This document shows, one piece after another, positions 1 through 12,806 of a stretch of 64,000 nucleotides of DNA. Made by a program: the position numbers and the translations under genes. The notes under the pieces were generated by a model that saw only the letters and a list, made by a program, of their open reading frames with translations, ran no database searches and had not been told where the DNA came from. Source of the DNA: Lingula anatina (Eukaryota; Animalia; Brachiopoda). The stretch's first letter is position 1; every line of letters starts with the position of its first letter. The DNA is taken from the NCBI GenBank assembly GCA_051362555.1, contig CM120640.1:68488788-68552787 (forward strand), written 5' to 3'.

Positions 1-1803
1 ATATCAATTCGGATGAAAGTTTTGAGATTACTTAAGATTAGGAAGACAAAATATTAGCTTAGACAAGAATCACCAATTTCCATGTCTGCTATAATATGCG
101 CGTTACTAAAATCGGCACGTCACAGATTTCTTCTATTGATAACTGCCAAGTTAAACTACGTTCAGAATTATTTCCAAGAGGACACCAATATTTTTTATTG
201 AAAGTTCAACAAGGTTTAATTTTGATGAAAAACTTTTCAATGTAGCACCGACTGACAACCAGATATCTGGCGGAACATTAAAATCATCCTCATGCCACCC
301 CCTCATTTTTACTCTCCCAGCACGGTTATTTCTACATTCATTTTTATTATTTAAATACGTTTTGAAATAAAGCTTTGGTGAACATCAAAATCTATTGCAT
401 TTCGTTCCTGTTAACCACCAGATGTACTCGAACCTACATTGACAGTTCGATTGGGATGGCAAATAAATAGTATTTTCTTCCGTTATATCATTAATGGTCT
501 CGTATGTGGAAGGCCAATGGGATTTTGATCTAAAACAAAATTCGAACGTCAAAAGATAGTTGTGGTTGTTAATGTGGAAATTCCAAGGCTGTATCAAAAA
601 TTTGGTGACAAATAGACGATTTATTGATAATGCGCAAGTCAAATGCATCCGAGTATATATTTTACTTTGAAAATCAACTTAAACAGCGTTTTCCCCTCCC
701 AATTTCATTTTAAAGGCTTCAACAGAACAAATTAATTTACTTTTCTGTTGAAAATATCACATCAACCACCCGATCTGCCGTCATGCAATCTGATTTAATG
801 CAAAAACGTTTAAAGTTTTAATAAAGCCACTTTTTCATTAGGAAATTCTGGAATAGATTGTTTGGAATGGATGGAAAGCGATGAGTATCAAGAATGCCAG
901 GTGGTTCGGATACGAATTACTGTATTTCCAAATCGCAAAGGAAAAAGGGGGATGTTTTTTTGTTTCTTAGTATTAAAAAAAACATAAGCACAATGGGCAC
1001 TTTTATTTCCTCCTGAACCACACTAATAAAAATATATTATTAAATATAAAGTAAAAAACTAAAAGTGAGACTAAATATTCGAAAGAAAGTGTTCAGTGAA
1101 TCAAACTTACAGACTGAAGCCTAAAGAATATTACACCATCTAACATAATAAGAAATAGAATGAAATTCAATAATTGCATCTCTGTCTAACATAAAAACAT
1201 AACATCCAATTTTCAAATTATTATCTGGATTGACAAAAACAGTCATTATAAATGCCTCAAATGCCCTGGCATCTGGCATAAACAATATTTGAAAATATGA
1301 GTCAGTAATATTCATAATGGACTAAAATAAAGGCAACACATTAGACAAACCATCTTATCTTGGAAATAGTTTGCTCACTTTTTTCTCATCACAAAGAACA
1401 CATCAATGCCAATATTCATAAATACCAGTCTAACAATAGCTGCATAAAAATCATATTAAGTACTGTAAACAGCAGAATATGCTTAGATTAAACACTGGTA
1501 ATACTCTTTAAGAACAGACAATGTGTGATATCTAATTATTATTTTGATAGTAACAAACTCATTTTTGTACCTCTAACAGATAATGCAAACTATTATCTCA
1601 ATGCCCAGTCTGTCCATTCAAGGTCTGCTTAGAACAAAGATCCAGGTTTCTGTTTCCTCGTCTGCTTATACCGTCTACCAGAGGCCAGAGCTAGGTGCAA
1701 ATATACTTGGGAGTACAGAAACATAGACACAATTATAACCAAAGCAACATCCGTGAATACCTATTGAATAAAATCTCTGTGGCCCTGGTAGAGGTTGGTC
1801 TGC

Positions 1804-4800
1804 TTACAGATAATATAAGGTTTTCTGCAGCTCAAGTTTGGGGGCCTTTGTCTCGATGTTGTATTCACCATACAGGAAAGCCAGCTTATGTGCATAGTAG
1901 CAGGGGCTAGGAACACTGACTGTGCCCTGTGGATAAATGAAACGATTTGCACTGAATTTTTTTTATTTCAGGTAAATGGTATCTGTGCTTGGGATATGTG
2001 CAACCAATATTGCTTCTAACACGAGTGCTGACAATACATTGGAGGTCTTTTGTATAATACTTTGTAAAAAGTTGAATGCTTCTTGTAACGATGTATTGTA
2101 AGATTCTATGTGATAACAGTGATTCAGATTGATATCTTAAGTTTCAACTTTAAAGCAACTAGGATAATATCAGAACTCTCCATGGGTATAATAATAAAGC
2201 TAGTACTCACTGCCAGGTTGTAATACAGGTGAGTTAGCTTGTAGGTGACCCCCTGCATCTGCCTGGGTGTCATCCCCGTGGTGTCATAGATGACATAGTA
2301 GTGGGTGGGGGACACTGTCACGTCTCTTCTGGACTGACTCACAAGGTAGAAATCATAGCTAAACCATGAAATAAAAATAGACAAATATAGCATTAAAATT
2401 TGAGTTCTAAACTAAAACTCATGAGAAAAGAGTAACCATTAAAAAATACTGCAACCAAGCATATTTATGCACACACTCTGTATTTTTACTACACATGGCA
2501 AGAAGTTTGAAGCAGATGATGCTGTACGTACGTATTGTCTATCTGGTCCACCGGTCTGGTCATCCCACTGTCCACCACTGTCCCTGGGGGTGGGTTCTCT
2601 CGGGTCTGAACTGTGTAAAATCTGCTACAAATTCTCTTCTGAACAATCACTTCAGCTATGGCAGGTCTGAAAGTATTGATCACAAAGGATGTTCATAAGA
2701 TGTTGATGATTATCTTGGTGGTACTAAAGGGGTAACTGCAACTTTTTAAGTGAAGGCTATTGTCATTACATGAACCACTATCAGTTTGCAAACAACTGAA
2801 AATTTAGGTATATCATAAATGATGATTATTTATCACAAGCTGTTTTTTTTACCGTTAGCTGAGATTTATTATAGGGTCTTGACTTCTATATCGCCTAGCA
2901 GCCAGTGAGTAACAATATCTACTCACATCAGTCGAAAGAGGGCCTCCGACAGAGATGCCTGTAAGCTAACGGTGAAAAAAAATTTCAGTTTATGTTAAAT
3001 AATTATCATTTATGATCCAATACCAAGCTAATAAACACGCTGATTTATAAGCAAATATTGTTTAGCTATCACCACTTTAAATGCATGCTTTTTCAGCTTT
3101 TCGTACTCTATCAATCAATACAGGTGTGGGTAGAAATCCCAGCAAGGTGTACCTGTACTCTACTGGGGAGTAGTTAGCAGCTGTTCTGATAGCTGCTTTT
3201 ATCTGAGGTAGTTCATGGTCTTTGACTATTTGAATCTGGCCATCACCAACTCCATCACGGAAGATAAGGATAGGGTCAGGCAGAAATTTATTCTCCATTA
3301 GGAATTCTTTCAATGCACCTGAAAGTAGAAATAATAAATAACCAAGCACTGTAAATGTGTGACATTACAAACTAACAGAAATTATTAGAAATTATGTAAA
3401 AAAAAAAAAAAAGAAAAAATAAGAAAAACTTACATGCACTGTACAAATGAAAAGCCATACAGTGCATGTTTCTCTGAACATGTTAGATATCAAAATATAC
3501 ATACGTTCAACAATAGGCTGCAGGGTGTCAAACAACTCTGTTCCTCTGTGCAGCTGATCCACTGATGCAGAGAAATAGCGAGTGAAGTTGGCATTAAGAG
3601 AGCATGTGACAGCGCCAACAGACTTAGCATTAAGCACTTCCTAAAATATTATTTATATACTTATAAATATACTTTTAAAGTGATTTGCTAAACCTATTCA
3701 GAAGGTCTGCTGATACAAGTGGCACCTAATAACATCAACACAACTTATGGGTAACATTGCTTACAGAAAGAGGGCGCTGTTACTTACAGGAAAAGCCACC
3801 CTCCACAGCTGACCTCCAAGTTTCACATTCATCTGCATGGCAATGTTAGTCACACAGCTCTTGAACTTGTTACTGCTCTTGTTAAGAGTTGCATTCAACA
3901 TCAGTTGACTAGGGACTGGAATAAAAAAATAGTATTTAAAATCTTCACCTGTACAAGAAAGAAAGGATTATTCAGTTTCATAGAGTTGTACATTCTTACT
4001 TACATAAACATTCTTCTGAAATATTCATTCACAGGCAGTAACCGTGGTCATCTCAATTTCTCTATACATCTATGCAATACATGAAGTAAAGCTTGATATC
4101 AAAATGAAGAAATAGTTGGCCAAATGAGGCTGAGACAATAATGTCCTCTTTTTTATCCATGGAGCTTCATGATGAGTGACTGAATTACCCAACTTTAACA
4201 ACACTTCAGGGCAAATAACAATAGGCCATGCTGTGCTCTATTTCACATTCTTGCTCGATATCTCTGAAGGGAGTAGAGCATGGCACAACCTTATGTCTTC
4301 AGCTCAATTCATTGCTAAAGAAAATTGAATAAGAATTAATTTACAGTAAGATGCCAAGTGTAGTATCTCACCTCCAAGCTGGTTAATACATTCCTTTTTT
4401 ATTTCCCCATAGCGTATCTGCATTCTGTATTTGTCCCTATCATGAGGAAGGACACATGCCACCATCTGTGCCTGGCCAAGCCTTTCACGAATTGCCCTTA
4501 TGTAGTCTTCTGGATGATCTCTTTGAATTGACCTGTATAACAAGGCAGCAAAGCTGTCAAATGTACAGACAAAATCCAGAAAATAAAAACACTGGAAATA
4601 GGATACTGTCAATTCTGATGAACTAATGTATTATGCTTACTGTAACTGCATAGCCAACATCAAATTCTAATTCTGCATAACATTGGATAAGGATGAAAGT
4701 TAAATGTGTATCAAGCATTAGACTGAGTTCCCATACCTAGATCAATCTAACAGGATCAATCCAACTCCAAGGGGTTTCTCACTAAATTGCTTTCAGCTTG

Positions 4801-5877
4801 AGAGTCTTAGGATTCTGGCATGCCAGTTTCAGTAGACGTGACAGACAGCTAAGCCACTTACATTGATTGCAATTTAGCGAGAATTCCCATGGAGATAGAT
4901 CGATCCACAGTTAGCGTGATAGGGTCTGGAAATAGTCCCTAAGGTGTCAGGCTGATAAGAGTTAAACTTTGGAAATGCCAGAATGAGGTACAGTGAAAAT
5001 TACACAAAAAATTGCTTAAACTCATTAAAAAAAATATATATATATACATATATATATAATTTATTTTTGGGGGGGGGGGGCTGTATGTCAATCCTAAGAA
5101 TCATTCTTGACTCCTAAGAATCATTAACTTAACAAAATACAGAAAATGTTACAAAGTAAGAGTACAGGGCTCCTGGCAGATGGGAGTGATAAGTCACAAC
5201 TTGAAAATGCCAGTATAGCACTCTATAAACCTGCATTGCTTTCAAAACAGAAAACAATCACACTGGTTTTCAAACACAAGCTGCACTTCTGTCTTATGAA
5301 ACTTTTCAGTAAGTTTCAGTATCGTAGGTAACATGGTTTTGCCTTAATCGCTATCCTGGCAGCAGTGTCCAAAATAGGGTTTTCTTCAACTTTCATGCAA
5401 ATATAACATAATACTTAACAGCGTAATGACCATCAAATTTTTTATAAAAAAAAAAAAATAAAAGCACATGAATATTCAGAAAATGTGATTTGGGAAGGTC
5501 TTCAAGGCCATGGAAGTTCAGAGTCACACTTTCAAAATGCCAAAATGTAAACAAGAGATAACTGTACTGAAATGATTTTCTTTCCATTTTCAACACCTTC
5601 TTTAAAACAAAATAATCAATAAACTGTCATTTTTAAATGTTCAACTAGGAAAATTGTTGACATAGGAAAAATATCAATAGAACAATTTTCAATGTCCAAT
5701 TTGCTCCATTTGCAGATGCTGAACATAGTGAACGATTAAATCTGACAAACTGCAATGATGAGTTCCTTTCCATTCATGATACTTTATTACACAATGCACA
5801 ATAACGTTTACCGTCATTTTTATATAATCAACTAACAATATTGTTAAGAAGCAGAAAATGTCAAAACAACACTTTTA

Positions 5878-5910
<33 letters not shown>

Positions 5911-7493
5911 AAACAGACTGCATTGCCTACTGGAGTCGATTTTAGTCCCATGTTTCTTTCCTGTAAGTTTGAGAACAGTAAGTGACATGATTTTCTTTAA
6001 ATGGTCATCATGGGAGCAGTGCCCAAAATAGGGGTTTCTTCAAATTTTGATGTAATATTACATAATGTTTAACAGCATAATGACCATCAATTTTTAATCA
6101 TAAAATATTTGTATCACAGATATTCAGAAAATGTGACTAGCAAAGGTCTTCAGGCCCATGGAACTTCAAAGTCACGCCTTGAAAATGCCAAAATGTAAAC
6201 AAGACAGCACTGTTCTGAAATGGGTTTATTTCCATTTTTAACACTTTTTTAACATAAAACAAAATAAACATTTTACTGCCATTTTTATATGACCAACTAA
6301 GAAAATTGATGAGATGGGAAAAGTATCAATAGAACAGTGTTAAATGTCCAATTTCCCCCATTCTGAGATTCTGAACATAGTGGATGATTGAATCTGACAA
6401 ACTGCAATGATATGAGTTTATTTCCATTTTTGACACTTTATTACACAATACATGATAACAAGTTTACCATGTTTTTTACATAATCAACTAACAATGTTGT
6501 AAAGATGCAGGAAATATCAAACAAACACTTTTAGGCATCTTATTAGTTAAATAATGAGACTGTTAACATGCTTAAGAATTGAATCTGAGGAAATGTGAAA
6601 AAAACAGTATAACTTCTAAAATAATGGCCCGATTATGCTGATTTTCGAACTCAACCTGCGTTTTAGTAAGATTGACCACTCCTGTGAGTATAATTACAAT
6701 TGGCCAATCCGTTTTTCTTATATTGTGTTATCAGTGTTGCATTTATATTGAAAATAGTGAAAAAACAGCATAAATTCCCTCAAAATAGCCCAATCATGCT
6801 GATTTTCGAACTTGACCTGCGTATTATGAATATTCATCAGTTCTGTAAGTTTCAAGTCAAAAGGTAAAATGGTTTTCCACTTATCGTGTTATCGGTGCTG
6901 CATATATGCTGAAAAAAGTGAAAAAAACAGCATAAATTACCTAAAAGTGACCCGATCATGCTGATTCTCGAACTTGACCTGCGTATTATGAATATTCATC
7001 AGTTCTGTAAGTTTCAAGCCAAAAGGTAAAATGGTTTTCCACTTATCGTGTTATCGGTGCTGCATATATGCTGAAAAAAGTGAAAAAACAGCATAAATTC
7101 CCTATAAGTGACCCGATCATGCTGATTTTCGAACTTGACATGCGTATTATGAATATTCATCAGTTCTGTAAGTTTCAAGCCAAAAGGTAAAATGGTTTTC
7201 CACTTATCGTGTTATCGGTGCTGCATATATGCTGAAAAAAGTGAAAAAACAGCATAAATTCCCTATAAGTGACCCGATCATGCTGATTTTCGAACTTGAC
7301 CTGCGTATTATGAATATTCATCAGTTCTGTAAGTTTCAAGCCAAAAGAAAAAACAGTTTTCCACTTATCGTGTTATCGGTAAAAGTGCACGGCGACGACG
7401 GCAACGGCGACGGCGACGACAGACGCAGATGATGGCTATATGTACAGACACATCTGTGTCTGTACATAAAAAAGAAATAACTATTTGCATATG

Positions 7494-7584
<91 letters not shown>

Positions 7585-9439
7585 TTGTGAATGGGTAGAT
7601 CTCTACAATAAAGTTTAAAAATAAAAAAAAAAGAAACTAATAAAAAGAGACAACTTACACCGCACTTGGCCACTCAACTTTCATCCCCATAGCTGGCGCC
7701 ACCTGCTTAAGTTCACTAACAAAGTTCTGTGCTGCCTCCTTACAGGGTATAGGCCTCCCTCGTCCCTCTGGGTACACCACCAGCCAACTGTGTAGTGGTA
7801 CACACTCCAACAGAGTGTTGCTACCATGTACAGCCTCCTGCCACTTAGCTTGGTAAGGTTTATAGTTGAAGCAGTCTCTGGCAAAGATGATCCTCTCTGG
7901 GTTCAGGGTGTGGGCCTGGACTGTAAGCAGATTTTCTGCCACCTCAATGCCCCATCTCTTCAGAGGCTGTACTGCTTGCTCATTTCTGAAATACATTAAA
8001 GAGTGGTTTGTTTGTTTGGTCCCAAGATAACTGTAGACAGACATTCATAAGTATTTTTCTTAAAATATACTGCTAAAATGAACAAGTAGCAATATATGTT
8101 AATCTCATAAGGATGACTGAATTAGTGTGAACAGGTATACCGTATATGTCACTTCAAATAATTCACCATGTTCTTCAAATAAATCCCTTACCCTCTGAAA
8201 GCCTGTATAAAGTTGCTCAGCCTGCCAACTTGTTCCCGGGGAGTCATCTTCTGTGCATTAGTGAGCGCACGCATCTGATAGAAGTTTGAACGGACATCTG
8301 CTGGGATACCTAATAACAAAAACAGTTTACCTTAACTACTTTTAATCTATATGTTATTTGTAATATGTTGATGAAGTTCTTCACTTATATCCAAATGAAA
8401 TGAACCCACTTGAAATTAGAAAAGCATTCTAGGTCCCTGCCAAGGCAAACAATCAATTAATAATTCATCATTTAAAAAATTAAAGAACCATGACCAAAAT
8501 ATAATCACTATTAACTTAAGCCATTTTTACCTATCCTGAAAATTTCATCAAAATTCATCCATGACTTGTTGAGTGACAATAGTATAGGCTAGAGATGCAT
8601 GGACAGATAAACAGGAGTGAAAATATTACTTCTTTAGTGGAGGTTATCAAACAAAAATCTACCTGTTAAAGAACACAGCTCGGGAACCAGAAGGGCTGGT
8701 TTTTCATTCTTCTTAACTTTCACTCGAAGCAAAGGTTGCATCCCGTCCTTGATGTCTATGTCATAAGCCTAAAGAAATATCACAGTTTTAAGAATTGCAA
8801 GACAATCTTCAAAAACATTGATTTCAAAAACTTCTAAATGATGTCAATTCACAAGAATGCTAAAATTGAAAGCTAGTTGACATGTATGTCACTTTCAACC
8901 AAAAGAAAATTACGAAAAGTCAGTAACAGTACTCAATTAAATGCATGCGGATATCAAATTGTTGAGTATCTGTTGATCATTTCCATTATTAATCTTTACC
9001 TTTTTGTAATAATCTAAAAAGCTCACTTCTCCCGATTTAGTTTGAAATGTACGTTGGTACAGTGGCGGGTCATAGCAAACACCCAGCACTGTGTATGTTC
9101 TGTTCTTGCCATAGCTGAAAATATCCAATAAATACCACTGAATTTATCTTTCACAAGCAGAATGTTTTACACCATGTATATTTATGTAACAACCATAAAT
9201 ATGTACATGATATGTAAAAAGTTTTCATTTATGATAAATCCAGATATTTGATTTACCTGTTGACCGTTTCGTCTGTTTATTTTGACAGACTTGGTCACAA
9301 CTGAATTACCTGTTCAGGTGAAGGTGAACAGGTAATTACCTTAGTCTTGATGATGACTAAACGAGTCATCATCAAAACTGAGATAATTACCCGTTTCCCT
9401 AAATTGTTGTTAGCAACAAAAAAGCAGCAGAAAAAAATT

Positions 9440-9497
<58 letters not shown>

Positions 9498-12400
9498 CAC
9501 TCACACTAACCAACATATGATTCCCATGATGTGAATTTTTCAATTATTTCTTACTTGGTCATGACAATCTTATTTCTGACCAGCTCCTCCACTTTATTCT
9601 TGTCTCCTTCTCTGGCGCCTGTTGGTAAGTATCGTGCTATCACATCTAGTACAGTGTCTTCACGCAGCACTTTGTAGTGCAGCTGTACATTGAGAGCCAC
9701 ACCCATTTCACACGCCATAGTGGAGACCAGATAGCCAGGGGATAACTTCAAGATAATGCTGAAATAATCCACGCATCAATATCATTGTTAATAGTTTTAA
9801 GTCAAAGATATTGTTTTACAAATTGTCTTTTTAAGATTTCTTTAACTTTAAATATGCTGACCTATTAATGCAGGTAATGCAGTAAATTTAATGAGCAATC
9901 AACTAATTCTTTGATTATACACCCAAGAAGCAGAAAAACACAAAATTCTTGATTTTTTCAAAAAGAAAAAAAAAGGAATAAAAAACTCACCCCTGAAGAT
10001 CTGGGACATACTTTGTTTCATTGAGATTGTAGAAGGCATCTCTCTGTAGCTTCAGAAGATCCATCATTTCAAGTGATCTTTGGGTAATAAAATTAGGATT
10101 GACATTTTTAATTATATCAAAAAACATACCAGTCATTACATTAAATTAAAAGCACAAATAAACCATTGCTATTAACTCACTTGCATAATTTTTCAATATC
10201 TCAATTCAATTCAACAATTTATTCCTCACATATATCTCCAACATAAGAATTATTTAAAGCAAGGCCTGAATATCAATGTTCCAAGATACAGACTTTACTG
10301 TACCTTCTGATAATTAGGCTGTACAGGTAGGTGTACTCATAGTCCTCACGGTGGATTTCTTTGCCCAGTTTAAACCTGATCATGTACCGTTCACCCTGAC
10401 GAGACTCCACCACGTGAGGCTCCTACATGATCAAAAATGAATGATACCAATTTGACTATTTTGTTACACCTGTACATGTTCAATGCATGTGTACTGCCAC
10501 CTGTCACCTATGGTTCAGAGACATGGACAATGAATGCACCCATGTGGCAAAAGCTACAAGAAGCACAGAGAAAGATTGGAAGATGTTGAACATCAGGGTA
10601 AGAGATTGGAAGACCGTTAAGTGGATAAATTTAGAGAACAGACCAAGGTGAAATATGTGCTGGTTACAATTCAAGAAATGAAATAGTGATGGGCAGGACA
10701 TGTCAATAGAATTAAAGATGACAGATGGAGAGTAAGGCTGACAGAATGGTACAAACTGGATGAGTGAAGCCCAAGACAGAATACACTGGAAGAAGCATGC
10801 TGAGGCCTTTCTCCAATAGTGGAACACTTTAGGCTCTGAATGATGATGATGATGATGATGAATACATAAATATCATTATTATACATGTATTACATAAAAA
10901 AATCTGACTGCACCAATTTGATGCCCACTTATTTCTTTAACAATAACTGTGACAGTTACAGACCAGTAAAACAAATGAAGTGCTGGAAGACAAACAGACA
11001 TGCATTTCTGGTTTCGAAGCAAGCACTTCACACAAATGACATTTTTTCAAAACTTCAATAATATATTCATTAATGTAGGTAGTGTGTTTTATCAAACAGC
11101 CATTTTACCTTCTGTTCCCCCAACTCTCTCATAGTCAGCAAGGTGTTCCCCAATGCTTCATAAGGCACATCCCTCAGAACAGACTCCCGAAGGTTGGACA
11201 AAAGTCCGTACATAAGACGACGGTTTTCATCTATTTCCGGTTCAAAGCTCAAATGGTAAAGATAGACATGCTGTTCTTGGTGATTTGTAATCTTGAAATA
11301 GTTGGTGAGGAGAGTGAGAGTTCTCTCTCCTCCGCCTGCTTGATGACCTCCATTAGCAGCTGCAAAACAAGATCATTTAACTGGAAACAGTGGTCAATAC
11401 ACCATCTTTTTAAAACCAATTTTATATTTGAGGCTTAACAATTTTTACTTATTCAATCACACTACTTCCAACTTGAATTTGTATATAAACATTTAATCCT
11501 GAAGAAGAGAAGGAATATTTTCTAATGGCCTGTTCACAAACAAACTGATCTGCAGGCAATATTGCATATCTTCATTAAATCTAAATAGTCTTGTGTACCA
11601 ATATTTTATCCAAAGCAAGAATTTACTACCAAGATTGTAATTACTTATTTTTAAGCAAAGTTGCCTTTTAGAGAAAAGTGAACCTCTCTCAAATTCTGTG
11701 AAAGGCAACCATGTCATACTTAACAGTACACAAAAATTACATAATGTCTATATGTTCATTGCAAGAACTTACTGGTTGTTCAGTAAAAATTGAAACATCT
11801 ACATTAGATAAAATCTTAACTTACAGCGAGTAAAGCCAGTTTTTGGTCTGGCACCCCCAGCTACATTGGACCAGCTTGGCACCAATGCTCCTCGACTCCC
11901 TGGACCAGGCTGTGCTCCCCTTCTGTAGCCAGTTTCTGGACCATGCTGTGCTCCCCTTCCATAGCCAGTTTCTGGACCAGGCTGCCCTCCCCTTCCATAG
12001 CCAGAGGAAGGCCTCTGAGACCAAGTGTCTCCACTCCCTGGGGCTGCTGACCCTGGGGTGGGAGTCCCCCTTCCTGCACCCTGCCGAAATCTTGCTCTAC
12101 CACTTGGAACAACAGGGTTTTCTGGGGAGGTCTGCAACTGAGGCCCCTGAAAAAAGTTTTGTTATTTATTGTGTATTCTTATTCCTTTTTTTATGTTCAC
12201 AAAGAATTAGCACAGATCACCCTTGTCTTCAACTAACACAAGTCATTTTTACTGATGAATCAGAAAATACTTTTCTGCACCATTCTTACCAAGATTAGAA
12301 TGTATAACTTTTTTAAGTTTCACACAGAAGCATCACTGCCACATCATCACACACACAATAAAATTATTTAGGTCACCAATGTATCATTTTAGTATTGATT

Positions 12401-12585
12401 GAAAGATCTGACATATGAAGGACAAATAAAATCAGATAAATTTGCAGACCAAATCAACATCACTGGGGACATCCACAGACCTGCGCTTGTTGCCCAGCAT
12501 CCCCTGGTCTTCTCAATGGCCCAGACACCTCCAGATTAGTTTTTCGAGCACTTCCACGTGCACGTCCTCTAGCTCTTCCAGACAT
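1804..12585 (-). CDS. piwi: Piwi-clade Argonaute (Piwil1-like, divergent), 17 coding exons, ~916 aa
   Basis: Exons, all GT-AG with consistent phases and no internal stops, total 2751 nt: 12585-12481, 12146-11825, 11359-11109, 10422-10304, 10077-9991, 9758-9555, 9114-9000, 8768-8663, 8309-8192, 7985-7659, 4532-4372, 3915-3788, 3640-3505, 3318-3153, 2666-2532, 2358-2211, 1926-1804. Motifs: N-terminal [11 protein letters not shown]; N domain TNYF..YHLSFEP; [21 protein letters not shown]; [21 protein letters not shown]; [58 protein letters not shown], ending LYYL*. Confidence 0.93.
2807..3025. mobile_element. Small degenerate MITE-like inverted-repeat element in a Piwi intron
   Basis: Imperfect ~55-bp inverted arms: atcataaatgatgattatttatcacaagctg..ttttaccgttagct versus agctaacggtgaaaa..cagtttatgttaaataattatcatttatgat. 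No TSD identified. Confidence 0.5.
4719..4942. mobile_element. Degenerate MITE nested within HINE copy 1
   Basis: ~70-bp imperfect inverted arms, the left ending ctcactaaattgc (4790) and the right starting gcaatttagcgag (4869). Absent at the equivalent position in the 61-63 kb copy. Confidence 0.5.
6595..7380. repeat. ~161-bp tandem repeat, ~5 units, inside HINE copy 1
   Basis: The unit marker aaaacag(c/t)ataa recurs at 6605, 6766, 6928, 7089 and 7250. Confidence 0.9.
7498..7581. repeat. (GA)n microsatellite
   Basis: Perfect GA run of about 42 units. Confidence 0.97.
9444..9494. repeat. (CA)n microsatellite
   Basis: Perfect CA run of about 25 units. Confidence 0.97.
10479..10861 (+). mobile_element. 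5'-truncated, decayed RTE-clade LINE 3' end, antisense in a Piwi intron
   Basis: Translates with frameshifts and stops to [68 protein letters not shown], a typical RTE C-terminus, followed by a (TGA)n tail at 10841-10861. Confidence 0.8.
11902..12004 (-). repeat. Coding 36-bp tandem repeat x3 (GYGRGAQPGPET-like) in the Piwi N-terminus
   Basis: Three near-identical 12-codon units in exon 2. Confidence 0.85.
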
Positions 12586-12761
12586 CTGGAAATGGTCAAT
12601 TAAAATCCTATAAACTCTTTTTCATTACTTCAGATCCATTCAAATCAAGCTTTAAGGCTAGCTAAGTATATGTGTAAAATTAAAATTTAGGACACTTCCA
12701 ATTTTAAATCCTTAATAAGCAATTCAATTTTTTTATTTCAACCTTCCTCCAATGTGCTTAC

Positions 12762-12806
12762 CATAAAATTTAGTTACTAGGCAATCTAATTTTCTGGTTC
12801 TCTCAC
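12762..12806 (-). other. Probable 45-nt 5'UTR exon of Piwi
   Basis: Acceptor ttttttttacag| and donor ATG|gtaagc. The Piwi ATG sits directly after an acceptor (ccatttccag|ATG), so upstream non-coding exons are expected. Confidence 0.55.

Larger units (their letters stand above)
4539..7472 (-). mobile_element. Non-autonomous Helentron/DINE-1-like (HINE) element, family A copy 1
   Basis: Read on the minus strand: T-run, palindrome atgtacagacac-agat-gtgtctgtacat (7440-7467), GTCGCC-type microsatellite (7390-7425), ~161-bp tandem units, sub-terminal IR tgtctgtaca (4562-4571), stem-loop gacagc-ttt-gctgcc, and a ttgtt end. Homologous end to end with 61142-63363. Confidence 0.75.

Noticed and set aside
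1-1000. ORF 385-648 and surrounding sequence
   Set aside because: No recognisable domain or splice structure. Probably intergenic or an unclassified repeat.
3694-3725. Possible Piwi micro-exon (ttag|GTGCCACTTGTATCAGCAGACCTTCTGAATAG|gttt, [10 protein letters not shown]) that might restore a catalytic Asp
   Set aside because: It is 32 nt, so it frameshifts the next exon, and it would leave 62- and 53-nt introns with a weak donor. In-frame rescue needs contrived non-canonical sites. Only RNA data can fully exclude it.
9295-9543. ORF with a (CV)n run
   Set aside because: Translation of the (CA)n microsatellite.
11843-12298. 151-aa plus-strand ORF and alternative-frame ORFs over Piwi exon 2
   Set aside because: By-products of the GC-rich coding repeat.
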